Positions 56,452 to 64,000 of a DNA stretch of 64,000 nucleotides are shown here, in pieces; positions within the stretch are counted from its first letter, which is position 1; the number at the start of each line of letters is the position of its first letter. The DNA lies in assembly GCA_964638675.1 (NCBI GenBank), contig CAZXAU010000012.1, forward strand, positions 1,927 through 65,926. Direction: 5' to 3'. The notes beneath the pieces are model-generated. The model had not been told where the DNA came from, did no database searches, and saw nothing but the letters and a program-made list of their open reading frames with translations. Made by a program: the position numbers and the translations under genes. Source of the stretch: an uncultured Lachnospiraceae bacterium. GTDB taxonomy: Bacteria; Bacillota; Clostridia; Oscillospirales; CAG-272.

Positions 56452-56773
56452 CGCCGATATTCAATGTTGTTCTGCCTTCGGCAAGTGCTGCCTTATCGTA
56501 GACCGATGATATCACCGAACTGAGCTTGCCCATATCATCGATTTTAAGAACGGCGAGATTTTTAGCGATCGTACGCCGCTGTTCGTCGGTCAGCTCATCA
56601 TGGGGAAGTGATGAGATCTCCTCTATTATCATATCGATCGCATCCTCGTTTTCGGCAGCTCTTTTAAGACGTTTTTTCAGCAGAGTCTGAGAAAGCGATA
56701 ATATATCCCATGAATTTTTGATGAATGCCGAGCGCTTTGTTTCTGATATCAGATTTTTGTCACTTTTTTTCAT
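56411..56773 (-). CDS. putative terminase small subunit (by position only)
   Basis: A 120-aa helical protein immediately upstream of terL. I recognise no diagnostic motif. Confidence 0.35.
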   Translation of the reverse strand: MKKSDKNLISETKRSAFIKNSWDILSLSQTLLKKRLKRAAENEDAIDMIIEEISSLPHDELTDEQRRTIAKNLAVLKIDDMGKLSSVISSVYDKAALAEGRTTLNIGGELETSVKKFEDL

Positions 56774-56959
56774 AAATTGTTTTGAACCGATACCGCACTC
56801 TCAGTACCGTACGGTATTGTCTGAAGTCCTCCTTTCTTTATTTTCATCAATCCGGTCAAGTTGATGTTGCCGACATTTTTATTCTTTTCATAACATTGAT
56901 TCAATAAGTCATGATTTCAGCCTTCAGCGATAATTGTCATACTCCCACAAAAATGTGTT

Positions 56960-57436
56960 TTAACACTGCCGATATCCATCATTGATTCCTGGATAAGCCT
57001 TTGCCCTGTCTATTGATTTCAGTATACCGGCAATTTTACCTATAATTATATAGGTTCTTTTCTGTATGCCTTCTTTTGTGTAACCTATCTCCTTACCAAG
57101 TTTTTTGTATGGCGTTTTGTTTATATATCCGTCAAGAATGATTATTCTGTCAAGCGGATCGAGAGTTGCAATAAGCGGATAATATTTTTCCTTGAGTATC
57201 AGCGTGCGTGATATGATCTGCCTGAATTCTTCACAGCAGTCATACGGTCCGGCGATGTTGCTGTTTTCGTAAGATTCGTTTTTTTCAAAAGTTTCAGGAA
57301 CGGCATATTCATTTGAAATCTTGTGCTCGCATTCATATTTTTCTATGCATTTGGTAAGTGAATTCAAATCACGTTCGAGCAAACGAAGCTCCTTAAGCTC
57401 CTCCCTGACAGTATAGAAGTATTCATCTTTTTCCAT
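56960..57436 (-). CDS. phage late-gene activator candidate (sigma-70 region-4-like HTH)
   Basis: The C-terminus LDPLDRIIILDGYINKTPYKKLGKEIGYTKEGIQKRTYIIIGKIA resembles the region 4 HTH of sigma or ArpU/DUF1492-type regulators. ATG at 57436 follows SD GGGAGGG. Confidence 0.5.
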   Translation of the reverse strand: MEKDEYFYTVREELKELRLLERDLNSLTKCIEKYECEHKISNEYAVPETFEKNESYENSNIAGPYDCCEEFRQIISRTLILKEKYYPLIATLDPLDRIIILDGYINKTPYKKLGKEIGYTKEGIQKRTYIIIGKIAGILKSIDRAKAYPGINDGYRQC

Positions 57437-57438
57437 TA

Positions 57439-57534
57439 TCAATCCCTCCCGGCTCCCCGGAAAAGTGCAATTGTCATAAAGAAAAAGATAACCCCGATGA
57501 CAGTGAAAAAGAAGAAAGTAAAAGACGACATCAT
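57439..57534 (-). CDS. 31-aa hydrophobic mini-protein (MMSSFTFFFFTVIGVIFFFMTIALFRGAGRD)
   Basis: Found by hand translation. Its ATG overlaps the cro-like stop (ATGA). Its last codons contain the SD of the next gene. It has a single predicted TM helix. Confidence 0.35.
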   Translation of the reverse strand: MMSSFTFFFFTVIGVIFFFMTIALFRGAGRD

Positions 57535-57737
57535 TGTATCACCGCCGTGCTTTCGAGAAGATAATCCATACTCATTCCGGGGAACACTCCGGATATCTTC
57601 CTGATTTCCGAGAGTGTGAATTCACTCTTACCGCTGAGCTTGTTGGCTGCCGTCCTTTCACTGATACCGAGCATTTTTGCGAAGTCTTTCTTTTTCATCC
57701 CCCGTCTAGCGAGTTCTGCATTCAAGTTTGGAAACAT
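57531..57737 (-). CDS. Cro-like XRE-family HTH protein
   Basis: A 68-aa protein with the HTH KKKDFAKMLGISERTAANKLSG, divergent from the cI-like gene. Confidence 0.75.
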   Translation of the reverse strand: MFPNLNAELARRGMKKKDFAKMLGISERTAANKLSGKSEFTLSEIRKISGVFPGMSMDYLLESTAVIQ

Positions 57738-57784
57738 ATGATTTTAACCTCCTGTATTTTACCCCACAGGGTATTTGCATATAT

Positions 57785-57813
57785 ATTATATACCCTGTAT
57801 CGTATTTTGTCAA
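57785..57813 (-). promoter_or_regulatory. consensus lytic (cro-side) promoter
   Basis: On the minus strand: TTGACA (57813-57808), a 17-nt spacer, then TATAAT (57790-57785). Confidence 0.6.
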
Positions 57814-57844
57814 TAGGCTTTTACGATTTGGGGTAAATTATCTA

Positions 57845-57873
57845 TTGACAAAAAGTGTAAAGCAGTGTATAAT
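57845..57873 (+). promoter_or_regulatory. consensus repressor-side promoter
   Basis: TTGACA (57845-57850), a 17-nt spacer, then TATAAT (57868-57873). Confidence 0.6.
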
Positions 57874-57902
57874 CGTTTGAGATGATTTTGGAGAGTGAAA
57901 AA

Positions 57903-58325
57903 ATGTTTCTTGATAATCTTGAGCAGCTGATGAAAGAAAGAAAATGGAACAAGAGGACGCTTGCAAGAGAGAGCGGAGTGCCGTACACAACGATTGACGG
58001 CTTCTATAAAAAAGGAAGCGACAATACAAAGCTTTCTACTTTGCTCAAAATTGCATCGGCACTTGATGTTTCTATTGATCGGCTTGTCGGCGGAGAAGAT
58101 TTTTCAGTCAGTGAGAAAGAGAAAAAAATTATTTGTGCATACAGGAATAATCCCGAGATGCAGGGCGCTGTTGATAAATTGCTTGGTGTCAGAGAATCTA
58201 CAAAAGTCGTGGTCTATAGGGCGGCGTATTCTGAGGACAGACATCCGGATGGTTTTGAGGAGCTTACTGTTGATGAGTATGAAAAACTCAAGAGAGCACC
58301 GGATACGGACGACGACCTCATGTAA
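57903..58325 (+). CDS. cI-like XRE-family repressor
   Basis: The HTH is WNKRTLARESGVPYTTIDGFYKK. ATG at 57903 follows SD GGAGAG. Confidence 0.8.
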   Translation: MFLDNLEQLMKERKWNKRTLARESGVPYTTIDGFYKKGSDNTKLSTLLKIASALDVSIDRLVGGEDFSVSEKEKKIICAYRNNPEMQGAVDKLLGVRESTKVVVYRAAYSEDRHPDGFEELTVDEYEKLKRAPDTDDDLM

Positions 58326-58343
58326 TACCAAAAATATGCATTT

Positions 58344-58931
58344 TTGAAGAGTGCCTACGGAAAATACAAGAACATCAGAGACGGTGCATGGCAGTGTCTT
58401 TGTGATAATAATATTTCGTCACTGCCCGTTGATGTTTTGAAAATCGCAAGAGAATCTGACATTAAAGTTATAAAAAACAGCAATATTCATGCGTTGCGAA
58501 AGGGAGAAATAGGGCTTTCCTTTTTTGACGGAAAAGATTGGTTTATAGTCTATGATGACAGTGACTCTATCGAAAGGGCGAGATTTACTATAGCCCATGA
58601 GATGGGGCATATTTTTCTGGGACACTGTCTTGACTATGCAAATGAAAGAACTGCGAGAAGAGTAACATTTGAGGGAAGGCAGGAAAGCGAAAAAGAAGCA
58701 GATATGTTTGCCGCACGGCTGTTGTGTCCGGCATGTGTTCTTTGGGGACTTAATGTACATACGCCGGAGGAGATAGCAAAATACTGCAAAGTTTCAGCAC
58801 GTGCTTCCAAGGCTCGTGCCTCACGAATGAACGTATTGTATAAAAGAGGAAAATTTCTTCAGTCGCCGCTCGAAAGAGAGGTTTTCACAAGGTTCAAGGG
58901 ATATATTGACAGTATGCTTGATAAGAAATAA
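58344..58931 (+). CDS. ImmA/IrrE-family metallopeptidase (anti-repressor protease)
   Basis: The HEXXH site is in FTIAHEMGHIFLGH, and the gene lies directly downstream of the repressor. It has an apparent TTG start. Confidence 0.8.
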   Translation: MKSAYGKYKNIRDGAWQCLCDNNISSLPVDVLKIARESDIKVIKNSNIHALRKGEIGLSFFDGKDWFIVYDDSDSIERARFTIAHEMGHIFLGHCLDYANERTARRVTFEGRQESEKEADMFAARLLCPACVLWGLNVHTPEEIAKYCKVSARASKARASRMNVLYKRGKFLQSPLEREVFTRFKGYIDSMLDKK

Positions 58932-59108
58932 TGGTAATATGATCACTCAAATAAATCGTCTTGATTGAGCCTGATATATTTTCAATATCAGGCGCTCGCA
59001 CTCAAAGGTGGTGTCCGATTCTTAAACAAGTTTTTTATTTTTTATGCAAAAATACCAAAAATGAATAGTTTCATTTTAATGAGTCAAATAAAGTTATCGG
59101 CAATCCGC

Positions 59109-59215
59109 TTGTGCAAAACTTTGTGCAAAACGCAAATAACTTTGCACAAAGGTCTATTTTCAGGCAATTAAATGAAAATAAACATATGTTTTATGTGCAA
59201 AACCCTGTGCATAAT
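59109..59215. repeat. cluster of TGTGCAAAAC-type repeats (iteron / degenerate DnaA-box-like)
   Basis: Two direct copies of TTGTGCAAAAC lie at 59109-59119 and 59121-59131. An inverted copy TTTGCACAAA lies at 59141-59150. ATGTGCAAAAC is at 59193-59203 and CTGTGCATAAT at 59205-59215. One further copy, CTGTGCAAAAC, is at 61401-61411. Confidence 0.55.
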
Positions 59216-59335
59216 GTGTGTTATTATACATAGATAGAAAATCTTAATTAATAAATGTTACAAAAATGAATATATTCTGACAATATATCGCGCAGTCATT
59301 TACTGACGGTCAATCTGAAAAAATCGGAGAAAAAA

Positions 59336-60355
59336 ATGAAAATAACAGTAAATTACGGAGAAGGCGTTCTTTCGCTTCCTCTCGGAGTTATGGAAAAAAT
59401 AGAAAATATAGGCGAAAACGAGCTCAAGCTTCTTATGTACATCTGTCGTGAATCTGCCAAAGAGAACAAATATGAGGCAGAAAAGGCGGCTGTGGAACTC
59501 GGAATTTCCCCTGTTGAAGCAGAGTCGGCAATTGCCTTTCTTCGCGGTGCAGGGCTTGTCAAGGTGTCCGGTGCGAAAAAAGGTGACAAGTCAGGAGCTA
59601 AAAGCGACAATAGTTTTTCAACGCCTATGGATTCAAAAAAGGTCTCACGTGAGGTCAGACTTATCAGTGATACGCCGCCGCAGTATTCTGGGGCTGAGCT
59701 TGACGCATTTGTTCATTCAAACGATGTGATAGCCCGTCTCGTGAAGGAGGCTGAAAGCGAAAAAATGTTCGGAAAGCCTCTCACTCACGCAGATCTGAAT
59801 AAGCTTGTCAGTCTTGTAGACTATTTTTCGCTCGATGAAGCATACGTCCTTCAGCTTCTTTCGATCTCAAAGGATAAGGAGCGACCGATGAGCTATGCAT
59901 TCAAGGTCGGAGCTGATTTTTATTCGAGAGGTATACTGACATTTGATCTGCTTCTTGAAGAGCTTGCAAAGCTTGAGGAGAGAAACGGATTTGAGAAAAG
60001 GATGAGAAATCTTTTCGGAATAGAAAAGCGTTCGCTGACATCAAAAGAAAAGAAATTTTTTGAAGCATGGCAGACTTACGATCTTCCGCTCGTCGAGTAT
60101 GCTTATGAAATGACGGTTGACTCGACCGGATCTCCCAGCATGCCGTATATGAACAAGATCCTCACATCCTTAGCTGAAAAGAAGATAAGAAGTGTAGATG
60201 ATGCCAAACGTGAACAGGAGAGATTCAGACAGCAAAACAAAGCCACAGACGGCAGTTTTGATGAAAAGGACTTTTTTGCGATAGCACTTGAGGGAAGCTA
60301 CAAGAAAGAGGAAAACAGTAAGAGAGAAAACAAGAAGGGAAGTAACGACTCATGA
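59336..60355 (+). CDS. DnaD/DnaB(Bsu)-domain replication initiation protein
   Basis: It has an N-terminal winged-helix-like region and two C-terminal DnaB_2-like repeats (LNKLVSLVDYFSLDEAYVLQLL.., FFEAWQTYDLPLVEYAYEMTV..YMNKILTSL). Confidence 0.7.
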   Translation: MKITVNYGEGVLSLPLGVMEKIENIGENELKLLMYICRESAKENKYEAEKAAVELGISPVEAESAIAFLRGAGLVKVSGAKKGDKSGAKSDNSFSTPMDSKKVSREVRLISDTPPQYSGAELDAFVHSNDVIARLVKEAESEKMFGKPLTHADLNKLVSLVDYFSLDEAYVLQLLSISKDKERPMSYAFKVGADFYSRGILTFDLLLEELAKLEERNGFEKRMRNLFGIEKRSLTSKEKKFFEAWQTYDLPLVEYAYEMTVDSTGSPSMPYMNKILTSLAEKKIRSVDDAKREQERFRQQNKATDGSFDEKDFFAIALEGSYKKEENSKRENKKGSNDS

Positions 60356-61332
60356 AATTCAGTCAGGGGACGACTGCATCGATAAGGGCACTCTTTGAAA
60401 ATCGGCAAAGAGCGGCAAATGAAGGTGCCGAAAAAAGAAAAAAAGAGTTGCATGAAAAGATAAGCGGCGTAAAAGATATTGATGAAAGACTTGAGAAAAC
60501 AGGAATTCTTATTCTTGATGAGATAGCCAAGGGACATGACGGCATTGATGGAAGAATTGCAAGAATCAGAGCGGAAAATGAATTGCTGATCAATCGCAGA
60601 AACGCACTGCTGAAAATGAACGGATATCCCGATGACTATTCCGAACCGAGATATCATTGCAAGATCTGCTCGGACAGCGGATATTCAAACGGATATCAGT
60701 GTGTCTGTTTCAAGGCAGAGCTTGCAAGATTGGAGCTCGAGCGTTCAGGACTTGGAGTGCTTGCTTCAAAGCAGTCGTTCGATAACTACGATATAGGTTT
60801 ATTTGATGAAAAATACCGTGAGAGGGCAAGAAGAAATAAGGAAATATGCAGCTCTTATGCCGACAGCTTTTCAAAAAAATCTGACAATCTTCTTTTTATG
60901 GGTTCTACAGGTCTCGGCAAAACGCATATGTCCACTTCAATAGCCGTGAAGGTCATAGAAAAGGGATATTCTGTGGTTTATGTTTCGTCGCAGACAATGA
61001 TATCCGATTTTGCATCGCTCAGATACGGAATGGGTAATGCCGAGGAGGACGAGAAAACAGAAAAATATTTTGATTGCGATCTTTTGATAATTGACGATCT
61101 CGGTACAGAATTGCAGACACAGTTTTCGGTATCTGTAATATATAATGTTATCAACTCACGTCTGTGTAACGATATGCCTATGATAATCAGTACCAATCTT
61201 ACACCGCAGGAGCTTAAAAAAATGTACGCCGAGCGTATTACAAGCCGGCTTTTCGGAAATTTTTCTCCGCTTCTGTTTGAAGGCAGGGATAACCGTATGG
61301 TAATCAAAGAAAAGAAACTGATGAATCAGTGA
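60352..61332 (+). CDS. DnaC/DnaI-like helicase-loader ATPase
   Basis: It has a Cys-rich N-domain (CKICSDSG..CVC), Walker A GSTGLGKTH and Walker B LLIIDDLG. It overlaps the upstream gene by 4 nt. Confidence 0.85.
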   Translation: MKFSQGTTASIRALFENRQRAANEGAEKRKKELHEKISGVKDIDERLEKTGILILDEIAKGHDGIDGRIARIRAENELLINRRNALLKMNGYPDDYSEPRYHCKICSDSGYSNGYQCVCFKAELARLELERSGLGVLASKQSFDNYDIGLFDEKYRERARRNKEICSSYADSFSKKSDNLLFMGSTGLGKTHMSTSIAVKVIEKGYSVVYVSSQTMISDFASLRYGMGNAEEDEKTEKYFDCDLLIIDDLGTELQTQFSVSVIYNVINSRLCNDMPMIISTNLTPQELKKMYAERITSRLFGNFSPLLFEGRDNRMVIKEKKLMNQ

Positions 61333-61417
61333 TAGATAGGAATTTTAAAACGATCAAGAGAATTTATGCCAGTCAGGGGATCATATATCACTGACAAATA
61401 CTGTGCAAAACCAACAA

Positions 61418-61457
61418 TAAAATCGGAGATACAGATTTTCTGCTCCGATTTTTTTAT
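61418..61457 (+). terminator. rho-independent terminator
   Basis: AAAATCGGAG...CTCCGATTTT stem with an inner CAGA/TCTG pairing, followed by a T7 run. Confidence 0.65.
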
Positions 61458-61591
61458 TTATATTGAACAAATTGTCACTTTGAAATAATATGCTATGTAT
61501 TTGAGAAAATGATGAAAAATGACGATTGCAGTCAATTTTGATAAAATATTCTGTATATTACATGAGTATTTAGATATTTTTATTAAAACTC

Positions 61592-61620
61592 TTGACATGA
61601 AAAAGAAAAGGTGGTATAAT
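61592..61620 (+). promoter_or_regulatory. consensus sigma-A promoter of the GH97 gene
   Basis: TTGACA (61592-61597), a 17-nt spacer, then TATAAT (61615-61620). SD GAGGAGG precedes ATG 61652. Confidence 0.6.
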
Positions 61621-61651
61621 TTTGTAAATAAAAAATGAGGAGGTTTTTCTT

Positions 61652-64000
61652 ATGAAGAAAACCGTTTCTTTCGTGTTGGCTTTATTGCTTATTCTTCCTT
61701 GTTTCTCGGTATTTCCTTTTCTTGCCGTTAGTGCAGAAGAAAAAGTACAGCCATCGGTATATCTTAGCGATATGACCCCCGCAAGCTATACTGTTGGAGA
61801 ATCAACACTTTGCAATGACTCAAACCTCGAAGGTGTAACAATGAGCCTTAATAATGCAGGAAATCGCATAACCTTCAGCAAGGGTGTATGCGTACATGCG
61901 ATTGCTGAGGTGAACTATGACATTTCCGATCTCGAAGCTATCGGCTTTTCGGCAATTGTCGGAATGGATGACGGTACATACGGATACAAATCGTATGCCG
62001 GAGCAGATTTCGCAGTATACGCTGACGGAACTCTGCTTGTCCAGAGCCCTACACTTAAACTCGAGAGTGCGGCATATGTAATCAATGTCGACATTCCAAA
62101 GGGAACAAAAACCCTCACCATTAAAAACGGACACGGTAATGACGGCTCGACATGGTCGGAACACTGTGTGTGGGGAGATGCTAAGATTCTTACAGACCCG
62201 AGCGTTGAAGGCGAAATAAATACTCTTACGGTATCTGCACCGAGCGTACTTCTGGGAATCGGCGACAGTTCACAGATAACGTCAAAGGTCGTTTCGGTCA
62301 ACGGAGTCATTGTCGATAATTCCAAGATTCAATGGGAATATACATCATCTGACAGCAGTGTTGCAACCGTTTCAAAAGACGGCGTTGTCAGCGCTGTGAG
62401 CGGCGGAAGTGCGGTTATTACTGTAAAGGCTACAAAGTCGGGTAAGACACTTACACAAAGCCTGAAATTTGAGTGCATTTCGGAGAATTCCGAATCCGCC
62501 TTTCTTTTGGTTTCTCCCGACGGAACACTTCAGATTCTTTTCAAGAACACAAACAGCGGATTGACATATTCGGTATACAAGAATTCAACAGTTGTTGTCG
62601 AGGAATCGACTGTAGGACACAAGACAACAACGGTAGATTTCACAAAAGGATTGACCTTTACAGGCAAATCAAGCCTTGAATATGTAAACGATACATACAA
62701 GAACTATTCGGGTGACAGAGATTACGGACATGATGAATACAACACTCAGAGCTTTAAATTCTCTGTCGGTGAATATTATTATACAGTAACACTTCGTGCA
62801 TATCAGGACGGATACGCACTTCGCTCGTCGATCTCAAGAGTTGACGGACAAAACGGTGGGCTTACGGTTACAGACGATAAAACTTCGGTCAGATTCCCGA
62901 GCGGAACATACCTTTGGGGTTCTCAGCTTGAAGACCGTGAGCTTCTCAGAGGAAACTCATATGAAACCGGCTTCCCGAAAATTTCGATAAGCTCGGCGCA
63001 GGGAAAGAATATATTGAAGGCCCCTATTGCCGAAGTTGCAGACGGACTGTTCGTTCTTATAAGCGAGGCTGATATTTATAGCTATCATTACATCGGTTCG
63101 ATTTTCAGAGGAATCGGCAACAACACACTTGAATATGCTCCCGGTCCTCAAAAAACAACCAGCAATGAATTTACAAGTGCAATGCTTGATGCACTTTCTC
63201 AGAGCGAACTTAATGAGCGTATTGCGGCACTCGATGTTGTCGATATCACGCTTTCTCCCGAGTTTTTCTTCCCGTGGAGATACGGTGTTGTAGGAGATGC
63301 TGCAACGATCGTTGAGAGCGATCTTACAGACAATCTTAACCCGAGAACAGATGAGGATTTCTCTTGGGTAGAACCCGGATTCACTACATGGATGTGGCTT
63401 TCCGAAGGATTCGGCGGACAGCGAGATGAAAAAACTATCAGAGAGTATGTCGATCTTGCCGCAAGTCTCGGCTGGAAATATCTTATACTCGATGAAGGAT
63501 GGCAGCCCAATGCCCGTAACAGTGCAGACAAGGTTTATGACGGATATTTCGATTATTTCCCGGAGCTTGTCAAGTATGCCGAGAGTAAGGGCGTAGGATT
63601 TATAGCCTGGGTAAAGCTTTGCGATCTCGATACTCCCGAAGAGAGAGAAGTCCTCAGAGAATGGGCTGATATCGGAATCAAGGGAATCAAATTTGACTTT
63701 GTTGAATCCGAATCGGTTCAGGTCCTTCAGGATGTAAAGGCTATTTATGATGTATGTGCCGATGAGCACCTGCTTGTAAATGAGCACGGTGGAAATGTTC
63801 CTACGGGTGAGCGTTCGACATGGCCGAATGTCATCAACAGAGAATCTGTCAAAGGTCAGGAATACGGTGCACTCTACTGCTCCGATTCAACCGTATGGAC
63901 ATTCACAAGATCGGCAATCGGACCTACAGATATAACTCCTAAGATCGAAGCATCTGGTTCTTGCACTGCTGCTCATCAGCTTGCACTTCTCACAGTCGTA
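61652..64000 (+). CDS. secreted NPCBM + Big_2 + GH97-family glycoside hydrolase (partial; continues past the window end)
   Basis: Absent from the ORF track because it has no stop in the window. Hand translation gives 783 codons with no stop. It has a signal peptide MKKTVSFVLALLLILPCFSVFPFLAVSA. The NPCBM-like region runs YLSDMTP...GVCVHA...FSAIVGMDD...DFAVYADG...HCVWGDAKI. The Big_2-like segment is SSVATVSKDGVVSAVSGGSAVITVKA. GH97-like motifs are WMWLSEG...YLILDEGW, IKFDFVE and VNEHGGNVPTGERSTWPNVINRESVKGQEY. Confidence 0.8.
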   Translation, partial: MKKTVSFVLALLLILPCFSVFPFLAVSAEEKVQPSVYLSDMTPASYTVGESTLCNDSNLEGVTMSLNNAGNRITFSKGVCVHAIAEVNYDISDLEAIGFSAIVGMDDGTYGYKSYAGADFAVYADGTLLVQSPTLKLESAAYVINVDIPKGTKTLTIKNGHGNDGSTWSEHCVWGDAKILTDPSVEGEINTLTVSAPSVLLGIGDSSQITSKVVSVNGVIVDNSKIQWEYTSSDSSVATVSKDGVVSAVSGGSAVITVKATKSGKTLTQSLKFECISENSESAFLLVSPDGTLQILFKNTNSGLTYSVYKNSTVVVEESTVGHKTTTVDFTKGLTFTGKSSLEYVNDTYKNYSGDRDYGHDEYNTQSFKFSVGEYYYTVTLRAYQDGYALRSSISRVDGQNGGLTVTDDKTSVRFPSGTYLWGSQLEDRELLRGNSYETGFPKISISSAQGKNILKAPIAEVADGLFVLISEADIYSYHYIGSIFRGIGNNTLEYAPGPQKTTSNEFTSAMLDALSQSELNERIAALDVVDITLSPEFFFPWRYGVVGDAATIVESDLTDNLNPRTDEDFSWVEPGFTTWMWLSEGFGGQRDEKTIREYVDLAASLGWKYLILDEGWQPNARNSADKVYDGYFDYFPELVKYAESKGVGFIAWVKLCDLDTPEEREVLREWADIGIKGIKFDFVESESVQVLQDVKAIYDVCADEHLLVNEHGGNVPTGERSTWPNVINRESVKGQEYGALYCSDSTVWTFTRSAIGPTDITPKIEASGSCTAAHQLALLTVV

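Larger units (their letters stand above)
38645..61332. mobile_element. compact prophage-like element (podovirus-like gene content); right boundary ambiguous (about 58.95 kb or about 61.4 kb)
   Basis: It is a contiguous block. It holds a cI-like repressor, ImmA and Cro with divergent consensus promoters, then a sigma-r4-like activator. Structural genes are terminase, portal, scaffold, P22-coat-like capsid, adaptor-like proteins and giant tail proteins, followed by a membrane-protein cassette. DnaD-like and DnaC/DnaI-like genes lie on the right. The block sits between ftsH and a GH97 gene. I recognise no integrase, tail tube, tape measure or endolysin. Confidence 0.7.

Noticed and set aside
62957-63787. 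276-aa minus-strand ORF (and the 110-aa and 136-aa neighbours) near the window end.
   Set aside because: The plus strand carries an uninterrupted 783-codon NPCBM-Big2-GH97 reading frame with a promoter, SD and signal peptide. The track omits that frame because it has no stop in the window, so the minus-strand ORFs are shadows.
1-64000. Searched by eye for CRISPR arrays, reverse transcriptases (retron/DGR), transposases/IS ends, toxin-antitoxin pairs and rRNA genes.
   Set aside because: I saw no regularly spaced direct repeats, no RT (YxDD), no transposase or integrase motifs, and no rRNA-like sequence. The absence is based on visual inspection only.

Overview
This 64-kb window appears to come from a low-GC, spore-forming Firmicute. 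It looks Clostridia-like, possibly a Ruminococcaceae/Oscillospiraceae-type gut anaerobe; that taxonomy is inference from spoVFA/B, gpr, the tilS-hpt-ftsH block, sortase pili and a GH97 enzyme. All domain calls come from reading motifs in the supplied translations and my own hand translations. No searches were run.

Layout:
- 1-4.3 kb: small housekeeping and accessory genes. These are a HAD hydrolase, a TetR regulator, a SAM methyltransferase preceded by a leader ORF plus terminator, and an EamA transporter.
- 4.3-13.7 kb: a seven-gene sortase-dependent pilus operon. It encodes a coiled-coil protein, signal peptidase I, a 1289-aa LPQTG tip adhesin with a fibro-slime/PA14-like domain, an LPSTG major pilin, a class C sortase, a Cna-B minor pilin with a PPVTG signal, and a sortase-fold protein that seems to have lost its catalytic His and Cys.
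- 13.9-26.4 kb: core genes. These are a decayed XRE regulator, a radical SAM protein, an ECF-S component plus pdxK, ldhA, an Sfp-type PPTase, tRNA-Arg(CCG), spoVFA/B, gpr, a peptide-binding lipoprotein, a sigma factor and a zinc-ribbon protein.
- 27.0-32.9 kb: a partial surface-polysaccharide cluster.
- 33.1-38.5 kb: dnaB-tilS-hpt-ftsH.
- 38.6 to about 59-61.4 kb: a compact prophage-like element, described below.
- 61.65 kb to the window end: a secreted NPCBM-Big2-GH97 glycosidase that runs off the window.

The prophage-like element has a cI/ImmA/Cro switch, a sigma-r4-like activator, terminase, portal, scaffold and a P22-coat-like capsid gene. Two adaptor-like paralogs follow; one is fused to a 1810-aa LamG-CotH-LRR-BspA protein. 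After them come an 882-aa tail protein and a terminal cassette of membrane and coiled-coil proteins. I recognise no integrase, tape-measure or tail-tube gene, or endolysin.

The leads I rate highest are:
- the virion-associated CotH-kinase-like giant protein;
- the lysin-less terminal membrane cassette;
- the integrase-less architecture of the element;
- the catalytically degenerate sortase homolog in the pilus operon.
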